A DNA stretch of 63,664 bases, the filler included, from Dugesia japonica (lineage: Eukaryota): NCBI GenBank assembly GCA_001938525.1. It is 6 parts of 6 records of this genome, joined end to end, with 100 filler letters (N's around TTAATTAATTAA, not from the genome) between each part and the next. Parts side by side here need not be neighbours in the genome. Positions count along the whole stretch, not along the records: positions 21,355 to 32,169 come from MQRL01597557.1; positions 32,270 to 41,690 come from MQRL01624195.1; 4 more parts are not named here. One strand, written 5' to 3'. The translations under genes were made by a program, and so were the position numbers. Position 1 is the stretch's first letter. Every line of letters starts with the position of its first letter. Of this stretch, positions 27,395-37,394 are shown in pieces. Under the pieces are notes generated by a model. That model ran no database searches. It was not told the origin of the DNA and saw only the letters and a list, made by a program, of their open reading frames with translations.

Positions 27395-28320
27395 TTACAA
27401 CCCACTGCAGTTGATTCCAATTAAATCATGGAGAGATGGCAATCAAATAATTTCCAAAAATAACAGTAATCCGCTCTGATCTATTAAAATCTCCTTGATT
27501 ATAGTGGCAGCCAAATTTGTGTGACTAGACTGTATAAGAGTGGAAAATCTTTCTTTTCGTTGAGTCTGTACGTTATACAGAAGTTTTTCTCTTATTTAAC
27601 CTGTAAAAATCGCCAAACATCACTAAGCTTGAACAGTTGAGATTCCTATCATTAGTAGTGGTGTGACTAATTGATATTATCTACTTTAGTCAGATTACCT
27701 GCCTATACACACATATATGAAATTAAACCAGTAAGCACACACTCCAATAAGTGAGACCAAGATACTCCGTTTAAACAATATCACTAAGCAACCATAACAG
27801 GCAGAAATTCATAATTAGAAAGAAATTAAAAATAATATTAATTCTCACTTTTGTGCTTTTGTTATAAGTTTTGTTGATTTTACTGATGAACATTAATGCT
27901 ATAACGGGTATAATAACCAGAGTGGCAGGAATTTGGCCACTAATAGTAATAATAGCGTTTTGGGGAAATAGGTGTCCACTTGTTAGAGTAATTCGGTGAG
28001 TTGAATAAAAAATTGGGCTGATTACCATTCCGAAATAAGATTGGTAATACTATCAGATGCGACACCCACGATATGGTCATGCGTTCATGGGCCATAACCG
28101 GTATCTTTATCACGAATATTATTATGTAAAGAAAATTATTTTGATACATACTTTAGTGGTGATAGCCACTATCATTTTATACTAGAATTAACATTATCCT
28201 CACAACCAGGTTGCGATAATCCTAGGTCATGATTCCCCTTTGATAACTACCTTCCTATGATATGACACCCATCAAATAACAAGCTGTTATAATAATTTGC
28301 TCCGGGGAATTAAGTCAGCC
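27395..28320 (-). pseudogene. Antisense multi-pass membrane protein pseudogene inside element copy 1
   Basis: About 7-8 hydrophobic segments across frameshifts (e.g. ISWVSHLIVLPILF.MVISPIFY, IITISGQIPATLVIIPVIALMFI, INIIFNFFLIMNFCLLWLL, SILVSLIGVCAYWFNFIYVCIG). Minus-strand AATAAA follows the stop. Confidence 0.5.
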
Positions 28321-28357
28321 GGAAGAAAACGTAACTAACCATTTTCTCCTTTAGCTC

Positions 28358-28537
28358 ATGCCAACCGAATTAGATCATGCATTGCGTTGGATAAAAAAGC
28401 ACCGCCAGACTAGCCGGCTCAAACAGTTGCTAGGCCACTTTCTCACCAAGGGAAAAATTGAACACCCGGACGAGACGGACCTGTGCTGTCTCGCCGAGAT
28501 GTTCCACTTGGAAAGGAAAATAGATCGGGATGAGTGA
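28358..28537 (+). CDS. Cassette ORF2, 59 aa (MPTELDHALRWIKKHRQTSRLKQLL...GKIEHPDETDLCCLAE), unknown function
   Basis: ACTAAC branch point and ttttctcctttag acceptor upstream; homologous to 38104-38307 (GKIEHPDETDLSCLAE). Confidence 0.7.
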   Translation: MPTELDHALRWIKKHRQTSRLKQLLGHFLTKGKIEHPDETDLCCLAEMFHLERKIDRDE

Positions 28538-28672
28538 TGACAATTATTTAATGATAATTATCTGATAAAATGATTTTTTTAAAATAAAATTCTGTATAGT
28601 GTGGCATTTAAGTGTTTCCTGNATTTATATAATGTGCTAATTGAGTTTACTATTATTTCGTCATTCTTAGAA

Positions 28673-29020
28673 ATGGAATCAATATGGGAGCGAGTCTTGG
28701 ATAGGCGAACCCGTCGAATAATTTTCCAACGGCACCACAATGCCTACACTCGAGATGCCGGGATCCTGGTAGATCGATCGAATCTACATCCCGTCGAAGC
28801 AGATGTGACTCGTATTCAGGACTATGGAAAGCAACTAAACTATCGCCAGTGGAGTGGTCCGGAGCGTCGCCACGCCACTCCATTCCGGTAACTACCTCCA
28901 GCTCCAACACCGGTAGTTCAAGCCTTTATAGCTAATATGCTTTGTGGCGTTAGAGAACCGTCCCTGGTGGCGGATGTGGAAAATACAGTTCTCCCTGATA
29001 CTACCACTCCCGATTCGTGA
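28673..29020 (+). pseudogene. Cassette ORF3, ~115 aa with one internal stop (28889), unknown function
   Basis: Acceptor ttcttag|; MESIWERVLDRRTRRIIF...PVEADVTRIQ...W.GP.R.H.TPF...VQAFIANML..VREP conserved with copy 2; AATAAA at 29055. Confidence 0.7.
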
Positions 29021-29211
29021 TTTTACTCATAATCATAAAATTTGTGTTTCTTTGAATAAATAAGTGTCTTAAACAGTGTTAATATGCTCTTTAGCCCTTG
29101 GGAGGATTACTTTTAATATTGGTATTTGGTGTTTTTATGTTTTGAGTAGAGTTGAACAGATATTAGAGGATTAATCAGAGAGTCGATAACTCTTATGATA
29201 TTTTCTTTTAG

Positions 29212-29570
29212 TGCATTCATCATTAAATCGTCCCCCAGCTCCAACCAAGAAAATCNGAGANACTAGCGAGGACCGCNAAATGACGTGGGACCTCTACCGA
29301 CTCGCCAAACGACGTTGGGAGGCAGAAGTGGCCACTGCGAATAGTAAAGTCCTCCGTTATAAGAAGAAATGTGTTCTTTTTAGGAATGAAGCGGAGGCCT
29401 CCCATTTACAGGAGCGCACTTGGAAAAAACAAGTAGAATCTTTTTCAGAGATCATCCGGTCCAGCCATGACCAAGAAAATAAACTGGTTAATGACAATTT
29501 GATTTTCCGAGAGAAAATCCCCCTCGAACCGCTAATGATCGACAAAGGTACTCAGACGAGTCGCTCATAG
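29212..29570 (+). CDS. Cassette ORF4 exon (begins ag|TG): coiled-coil protein with a C-terminal DKGTQT motif
   Basis: Open frame HSSLNR.PAPTKK...TWDLYRLAKRRWE...ENKLVND...PLEPLMIDKGTQTSRS; homologous to 38989-39339. Confidence 0.75.
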
Positions 29571-29694
29571 CTTAATATTGCATAATGGATTGAATTAGTA
29601 AATTATTTAATTGTATGAAAATATTTTCTTTGTTATTTGTTTTTCCCGCGTTGTAGCTTAGGTGTTCATTAAATTGATTATACTTTTTCTTTAG

Positions 29695-30077
29695 TGCCTC
29701 GAATCACGTTTCCTACCAGTCTAAGAAAGTGCCACCGCATCTTACGCCGTCTGTTATTAGAGCGCCACGTAAAACGCAAAGCATACCAAGCTCTTCTTAA
29801 GCATCTTGACCAAAGGAACCAACTCATAAAAAAATTGGATTTGGTATTCCGTAAGCAAAACGACTTGGCAATCCAAACCAAAGCCCTAGAGGCTGATACC
29901 AGGAAGTTACTATTACGAAAGATAGATTTTTTAAAGCAGTACATAGCGGATCTCTCCAGACAGATTGGGAATCCGGCCTGGATTCATTGGAACGATGACG
30001 ACGATGTCTCCGCCTTCAATTTTACAATTGACGACCCCGAGCAATGGCTAGACCCTAGCGTATTAAATGAGCTGTAA
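29695..30077 (+). CDS. Cassette ORF5 exon (begins ag|TG): basic region, coiled coil and acidic/aromatic tail
   Basis: Intact 127-codon frame; homologous to 39466-39849 with many third-position changes; AATAAA at 30088. Confidence 0.78.
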
Positions 30078-30134
30078 ATGTTATATTAATAAATGTTCCA
30101 AGAAGTATTTGATTTAAAATTTTGTGTAAGTCAA

Positions 30135-30322
30135 GGGAAAACCTTTGAACCCGAATACAAAGGTTTGTGGGCGTGCACCTCCCATTAAGGGAGAGGTCAA
30201 CCGCCCTAACTGAATGCCTACCCTAAGGGCGGTAGGTTAAATTCTTGGACGGGTTCCCCTGAGGGCTGTTTTTTTCCCTAGCCACTTTTTTATTATTCTC
30301 CGACTCAGGTGGAATCCCAACA
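30135..30322 (+). other. Conserved structured 3' terminal (U5-like) region of element copy 1
   Basis: Stacked hairpins conserved with 39909-40093, including compensatory substitutions. Confidence 0.7.
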
Positions 30323-31194
30323 AATGTATGAACGAGATAAACAATATTTGCTCTATGTTGTGAGTATACTGTAGAAAAGAAGTCAGGTTCAATTAATTGA
30401 CCAACTAAATACAAACATTTATACTGTTTATTCTGATATTGTTGCAATATCCAAGAAAAAATAACTTCCTTGACGAACTAGACACAGACTTTGTTTTTTC
30501 AAGATCGTTTGAAATGGTTTTCTTGGAAGACATAAATCTGCAAATTTTGAATATCTAATCAACGATATGATTAAGAATTATGATAACCTATGTAATACTT
30601 CACTGAAAATTTACTTTATAGATTCGCCTTATAATTTTCTTTCTGACAACATGTGCATTTTATTTGATTAATAGGTTTACAATTCCATCAATTAATCAGT
30701 GAAATGACAAGTCGTTTTAAAGGAAAACCTTCAACTCCATTACTTTCTAATTAATGCTGAACTTTAATTCGTAATTCAAAGTTTTTTCATAAGACATCCA
30801 GTATAATAAAACATTTTAAAGGTTTTTACATATAATACGATATCATATGCGTTAATTATTTTGTTCAATATCGCACTTTATCATGCGCATCCATATTCTA
30901 ATTAAATAGAAGTTGGGTTATTAAAAGACTAATTCGACTCACATGTATCTTTTGATATTTTATCTCTTGAATAAATATGAGGCAATGATGATTTTGTATA
31001 TCTTTTATTTATTTATTTTATTTTAATAAAATTCATGTTTTATTTACTTTAATAAATTACAAAATAATAACGTTTATTTCAAATTTTAATTTAATCAGAA
31101 ATTTACAATAATTTAATTTTTAAAAAAATTNTTNNAAAAAAGTTAAATATTAATGTATAAAATATAAAAATAAATAAATAATAATAATAATAAT

Positions 31195-31385
31195 TGTAAG
31201 AGTGATTCATAGATTATACATATCTGGGAAATTTTGTAATTTTATATATATTATATTATATTATATTAAAAGTTATTCTTGAAACATTTTAAAAATATTT
31301 TAAATATTATAATATAAAAAAGTGCATTAAATATTTTAAAAATAGAAAATATTTTTTAAAATGCAAATTGATTTAAATAATTGCT
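31195..31385 (+). mobile_element. Partial copy of the short TGTAAG-type solo-LTR family
   Basis: tgtaagagtgattcatagatt... shared with the copies at 46734, 48942 and 60508 (reverse). Confidence 0.6.
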
Positions 31386-31395
31386 ATATATTACA

Positions 31396-32169
31396 CAGGT
31401 GAACCTCGATATAACGTGCATATCGGTGCAGCAAAAAAATGTACGCAATATCGAGGGTACGTTTTATCGAGGTTTTGGAAAATTTTTTTATAAAGTGATT
31501 ATATAATACTTAGTCAATATAATCTAATAATTTTTATAATTTACGTGTTAAAAGTACATTACCATTGAATAAAAACACTCTGAGATAACAAATTTTATTT
31601 TTAAAAAAAGTCTATTATCGAAATTTGTTTTCTTGTTGGTTTCAAGGTTGCTTTGAAAAGATAAAAACAAATTTGTTGATATTTCTAGGTGCTGCTTTGG
31701 TGAAAACATTAAGAATCTATGAATACTATCCATTGGATCATTTAACTGACAAACTGTTGGACAAATAGTTTTTTGAGCAATCAATATATCTTCGTTTTCT
31801 TTTGTAGATTCAGATGACAAATCATTGTTTTCTGTAATCATTGAAATTATCTCTTTAACTGTTAATTTTCTCTATACTAGAGTCAAAATCAATAAATTCT
31901 TTTACAGATACTTGATATTCGATAGGAAGATATTGCATATTCTCAATTATTTCAGAAGCATCACTTTTCTAAAGCGATGGTAAAAGATGAGTCTCATTAC
32001 GATCAACATACTGTATAATTTTGGAATGCTTCTAATGCATTCTGAAGTTACTTCATTCTCTGAAGCTCGTATCATTACAATTGCTTCAGAGAGATTGATA
32101 CTTTTAACTGCAGTGGTACAATCAATATTATTTTCTTCTTTTTGAATAAATTTTCGTAAAAGCATTTTT
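31396..32169 (-). mobile_element. pogo/Tigger transposon 3' end
   Basis: TIR caggtgaacctcgatataacg; C-terminal INLSEAIVMIRASENEVTSECI motif; truncated by the contig end. Confidence 0.75.
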
Positions 32170-32269
32170 NNNNNNNNNNNNNNNNNNNNNNNNNNNNNNN
32201 NNNNNNNNNNNNNTTAATTAATTAANNNNNNNNNNNNNNNNNNNNNNNNNNNNNNNNNNNNNNNNNNNN
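32170..32269. other. Artificial contig spacer
   Basis: N44-TTAATTAATTAA-N44. Confidence 0.97.
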
Positions 32270-34120
32270 TTTTATGAAACATAGGTGGGACGTTGGTAAA
32301 ACGAATTTATTGAGACATGAAATCATTACTTCGGGTAAACCAAGTGCATTGAATCCTAGAAGACAACCTGCACATTTGATTGAAAAAAATGATGAGCAGA
32401 TCAAAGAAATGGAATTATGTGAGAAAGAAATGGAAAGAATGTGAATCACCGTGGAATACACCATTAGTCTGTTTCAAAAAAAAGAATAAGGAAGAAATAA
32501 GAATATGTTTAGACTTTAGAACTCTTAATACTGTGGCAGAAAGACCAATATTTCCGATGCCTAACATGAATGAATTACTAGATGTTTTAAATGGCGCTAA
32601 ATATTTCTCGACTATTTATTTAGGTAACGCGTATTATCAAGTGGAGCTTGAAGAAGATTAAAAATTGAAAACAGCCTTCTCCACGAAAAATAAACAATAT
32701 GTTTTCAACAGGATGCCATTTGGTATTGCAGAAGCACCTGGAACATTCCAGAAACTTATGAATACAGTTNNNNNNNNNNNNNNNNNNNNNNNNNNNNNNN
32801 NNNNNNNNNNNNNNNNNNNTCCGATGCCTAACATGAATTAATTACTAGATGTTTTAAATGGCGCTAAATATTTCTCGACTATTGATTTAGGTAGTGCGTA
32901 TAATCAAGTGGAGCTTGAAGAAAATTCAAAATTGAAAACAGCCTTCTCCACGAAAAATAAACAATGTTGTTTCAACGGAATGCCATTTGGTATTGCAGCA
33001 GCACCTGGAACATTCCAGAAACTTATGAATAAAGTTCTTGGAGAATTGAATTGGAAAGAGGCAGTTGTCTACCTAGATGACATACTCCTATTTTCGAAAA
33101 CATTAGATAAATATTATCAATTCATAGAAAAAGTATTCCAGAAGATACAACAATCAGGTTTAAAAATTAGTCAATCTAAATGTCATTTTAAGGAAAATTA
33201 TATCAAATTTGTCGGCCATATCATAAGTAAAAATGGGATAGAAACTGATCCAAAGAAAAGAAAAGCTATTAAAGAATTTGAAAGACCAAATGATTAAAGA
33301 AATTACGCAGTTTTTTGGGTTTAGCAAACTATTACAGAAAGTCTATTTATGAATAAACAAAATACGCAAAACCTTTGAAAAGTTTATGTGGAAGTAATCA
33401 AAAGAAATTAATCTGGACTGAAGAATGTGAAAAAAGCTTCCAAAGTTTAAAATATATATTAAACTCTATTCCAGTGTTGGCATATCCAGATTTCAAGAAA
33501 ACCTTCATACTAAATACAGATGCTAGCTTTGGCAGAATTGGAGCTGTATTATCACAGTTACAAGATGATGGTATAGAAAGAGTTATCGCATACCGATCAC
33601 ATGCAATGAGCAAGCATGAATTGGGTTACTACATAACCAGAAAAGGGTTATTAGCTATATATTTCTTTACAAATCAATTCAAACATTACCTGTGTGGAAA
33701 ACGATTTATGTTACGGACAGATCATAAAACTATTACATTTATGATTAAAACAAAAAAACCACTTACACCTCAACTCCAAACGTGGATGAATTGTTTAAGT
33801 GGCTTAGATATTGATATACAATACCGAAAAGGAGAACTACATAGAAATGCAGAAGCGATGTCAAGAAGTGCATGTCCGTCATGTTTGCAATGCCAAATGA
33901 TACAACCAGACCCAAAATGTGGTAACTTAAAGACAAAGATATCAGCTATGATGACTGATGAGAAAGTAAATATTTAGCTAAATGATTCAATGGAAATTAA
34001 TGATATTATAAATGATAAAATCAAAACAATCAATAAGACAAAATTTAAAATTGATAATGATGTTGTAAAGACTATTCTTAATAAAATATGGATACCTGAG
34101 GGTAAAAGAGAAAAATTTAA
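32270..34120 (+). mobile_element. Ty3/Gypsy pol remnant (RT and RNase H)
   Basis: IRICLDFRTLN, MPFGIAAAPGTFQ, YLDD, ILNTDASFGRIGAVL, LRTDHK; similar to the 7894-9960 family. Confidence 0.92.
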
Positions 34121-35319
34121 TTTAACATAATTTAATTTATTATATTCAATTTGATTGTATCAGAAAAATTGAATTCTAAGTTTTGTTTCTTATTTGTAAT
34201 AATAATAGTAGTAATAATAATAGTAATAACCTATTATAAAGTTCAAATCTAAAATGTAACATTGAATTTATAAATATTCAACTTTGGAACTATAAATATT
34301 TTATCATAATTATTAAGTCATAATTACATTTATTATTATATAAAGTACATTATTGATAAAATTCAATTTGTTAACGTTGTTAATATTAAATTAAAAGGTT
34401 TCATTCATAAAATTCATCTATATTTGTTTAAAGTTCAAATTATTTGTTATAAGTTCAAAGCTAATATGTAACATTTGAATTATAAAGATTCAACTTAGAA
34501 AAATAAATATTATATCATAAATTTTATTATGTTACCATAGTATTATTATGATGGAGAAGTATACTATTAATATTTAAACTACGGCAGTCATAATTTAATT
34601 TCATTATTTAATATTTATTTCAATAAAAATGAACATCAAAATTGATGAATTGGAAAAAAGGTATGTTTTTTTTATTTATTTAATTTGTTATTTAAGTTTA
34701 AATTTAATTAGTATTGCAAGCATCAAAAGGAATAATTTTAGAATCGGAAAGATGTAATGAAGAAAAAGTAGAAAAGAAGTATTTTTAAAAATTATAATTT
34801 ATCATTTAAAAGTATTATGCAAAGGTTTTCTATATCAGACAAACTTTTGAAAATGGAAACAATGATCGAAGATGAAGTTAGCGGAAAAAAGTATTTGTTT
34901 TGTTTTTTTTGAAATATATAATTCTTATTTTATTATTAATATAGAAAAAGGATTCAATAAACATAAATGATGAAAATAAAGAATAGTATTTTTATTATTT
35001 TTAATTTTCATATTATTTTGTTAATATTTTGGTTATTATGAATTACTGTAAATCTTAAATTAATTATCATTTTTAATATTATTAAATATTAATGATGTTT
35101 TATTTGTATAATTATTAAAGTAAGCAAGAATAATAGCAATAAGGATTAAACTGATAATGATAGCAATTATATTTATAGTATAACAATAATTAAATTATTA
35201 TTTTCATAGGTGATATAAGTTTAAAAGTTGTTTTTTTAATATGATTATTTAAATCATAGCATATGAAGAAATAATAGTGATGGTATTATTAATAATAATG
35301 ATAAATGTTTCGATAATCA

Positions 35320-36746
35320 GTGTTTTCCGTCAAGGAAACAGAAACAGCATCTAGATTTTGAAATGTTGAACTCGAGTTTTTTAACTACCATTATATTGTT
35401 CACCACTTTGGAATGTAACCAAATTCAAGTTAGGTAATCGACGATCACCAAAGATTTGTTCCATATAAAATGATGAACTATCTTTACTAATTGCAAATGC
35501 AACGAATTTTTTGGTTCTTATTGGATAAACAGAATTGTTTGCTTTAGTACTATTTGATGAGCAGTTAGTACTGAGGGTTCAACGCGAACACATCTAACCA
35601 TTAATTTTGCATCTAGTAATACATATTTAGGTTCATTAACTGCAGATTCCAAACAAATATTAGCATCTGTTCGTTTCAATCGCATAGGAACATTGACCCC
35701 TGGAATAAGGTATTTTGGTTGATCTATGAAATCGAGTTGCAATGAACCGCATAGGGATAATTGTTTTGATTTTGCAATAGACTCTTTTCTATCTGATTCT
35801 GATCCATATCACATTGCTGTAAGACATATATTTTTACTATCATGATTATAATTTATTATAGTTTAAATCAATGGTTTGTGAAGATAAGATCCATTCCACC
35901 TTTAGTTTTGAAATTATTAAACGAAAGAATTACATCCTTAAAAAGCGTATGCAACATACAGTTTAATAAGAATTGAATCATCCGTATCAGTAAAATCTTT
36001 ACCATCCTTATCAACTACCTTTACTGTAGTATACAATAAAGTATCATTCAAATCCAAATATTCTATTTGAGATCCATTTATAAAAAACTCTACATCGCTG
36101 TGTGATGCAGAAATTGAATTCATAGGAAAAAAATAGGCAACAGTATCATTTTCAATTACAGTTTGTGAAGATGGTCAATTAAAAATACATAATTCAGTTT
36201 TACCGCAAATCATTTTTCAAATATTGTTTCATGTCCTCTCATTCGTTTGTATATACGTGATGCATGTGATTTTTTATGTTTTTATTAGTTGGTTCTGTTT
36301 TGGGTTGATTTTTTAGCATATTAGTTATTTCAGATGGTATTTTATTAGTTTCAACTTTGTTGTAATATACCAGCTACTTTTGGATTCATAGACTAAGCAA
36401 ATCTCCCTAGTGTTTGTAACCACCCAGATTCAAACTGTTTTCCAAGAAAGTAAGGTGATTCTTCATCTGCTTGACTAGTACTATACAATAATACAATATC
36501 AGGGTTCATTATTAATTTTATTGAAATGTAACGTTAAATATGTTACTGAATCTTCAGCAAAGTTGACTAGTTTTCCACTATCATCACGTAAATTTATTTC
36601 TATATTGTTTATATATGACGAAGAAATACGTAAATACGTAAATGATCAACAATTATTTGAACTACTTCATCATTCATATGCTCCTCTATCTATACTGCTT
36701 CCATATAAAGGAACATTAACATCCCAACAATTATATATCTACAACA
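35320..36746 (-). mobile_element. Polinton/Maverick (adintovirus-like) virion module remnant: minor capsid C-terminus, small adjacent gene, major capsid (hexon-like) N-terminal part
   Basis: Penton-type IVG.VNVPL...IEINLRDDSGKLVNFAEDSVTYLTLHF; MNP...PYFLGKQFESGWLQTLGRFA; capsid CGKTELCIF..P..QT.IE...VEFFINGSQIEYLDLNDTLLY...LQLDFIDQPKYLIPGVNV. Confidence 0.82.
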
Positions 36747-37193
36747 ATATTATTGGGGTGAAATACCCGGTCATCAAAACGACAAAACCAAGAGATACAA
36801 TTTACAAAGTATTGCAAATGGGCAAGGATTAATAGCGGTGGTTGAAGGAATACAACGATCAAGGTCGCAGAAAAATAGTAAGAAAAGTGGGTACGGAAAA
36901 TCATGAAAGACTAAATTATGTCGAAATAATTGCTAAAGGAGGAAAATATCAAGGGCCAAGCCTAAACGTTTGGACAATCAAAAGAATTAATTATCAAAAC
37001 GTTAATTAATTTTGAACAAAAAATAAATTAAAATAAAGCCAAAATCAGTTTTTCGCTAATAATTCTTCTCAGAAGAGCCATAAAACCTTGTGGCAAGAAA
37101 AATTAGTAAGAGAAATACTATGGCTAACGGGATCTCACAGCAAGAAAATAACATCTCCATTGGGAAGTTCTCTGCAAGGGTTCAAAGATTGGG

Positions 37194-37394
37194 CCAATTA
37201 CAGTCAAGAAAAGAAAATAGAACAAAGATAGAAAGATCACATAAGCATCTAAAAATAAGCACCAATAAGGAACTAAAATTTGCAGAAAATTCTAAGAAAA
37301 TTGGCATTAGAACCAATAAGAAACAGAAAATTCAAATCTAAATTAGTAGCCAATAGTAATGATGCCGGGATGCATATAGAAAATGCTATATAAA
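37194..37394 (+). promoter_or_regulatory. Promoter of element copy 2
   Basis: CCAAT at 37194, 37262, 37313 and 37350; tgatgccgggatgcatatagaaaatgcTATATAAA. Confidence 0.75.

Larger units (their letters stand above)
26009..30322 (+). mobile_element. Giant (4314 bp) solo-LTR-like element with an internal accessory-gene cassette, copy 1
   Basis: TGTTGGGG...CCCAACA ends; AATG TSD (26005-26008 / 30323-30326); no PBS or PPT in the flanks; colinear homology with 36751-40093. Confidence 0.85.

Noticed and set aside
28653-29944. Minus-strand ORFs 28653-28910, 29223-29545 and 29678-29944
   Set aside because: These are antisense shadows of the conserved plus-strand cassette ORFs.
28350-30077. Cassette resolved by flatworm-type spliced-leader trans-splicing supplying AUG
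   Set aside because: An SL ending in AUG joined to TGCAT or TGCCT is out of frame with ORF4 and ORF5. A cis donor ending in A exists upstream in both copies and gives the correct frame.
26009-30322. Ginger-type DNA transposon
   Set aside because: The terminal inverted repeat is only 7-9 bp, there is no integrase, and the promoter/poly(A)/U5 layout fits an LTR better. This alternative is not fully excluded.
32551-33030. Tandem duplication of the RT segment
   Set aside because: The near-identical copies flank an N gap, most likely an unmerged contig overlap or haplotype artefact.
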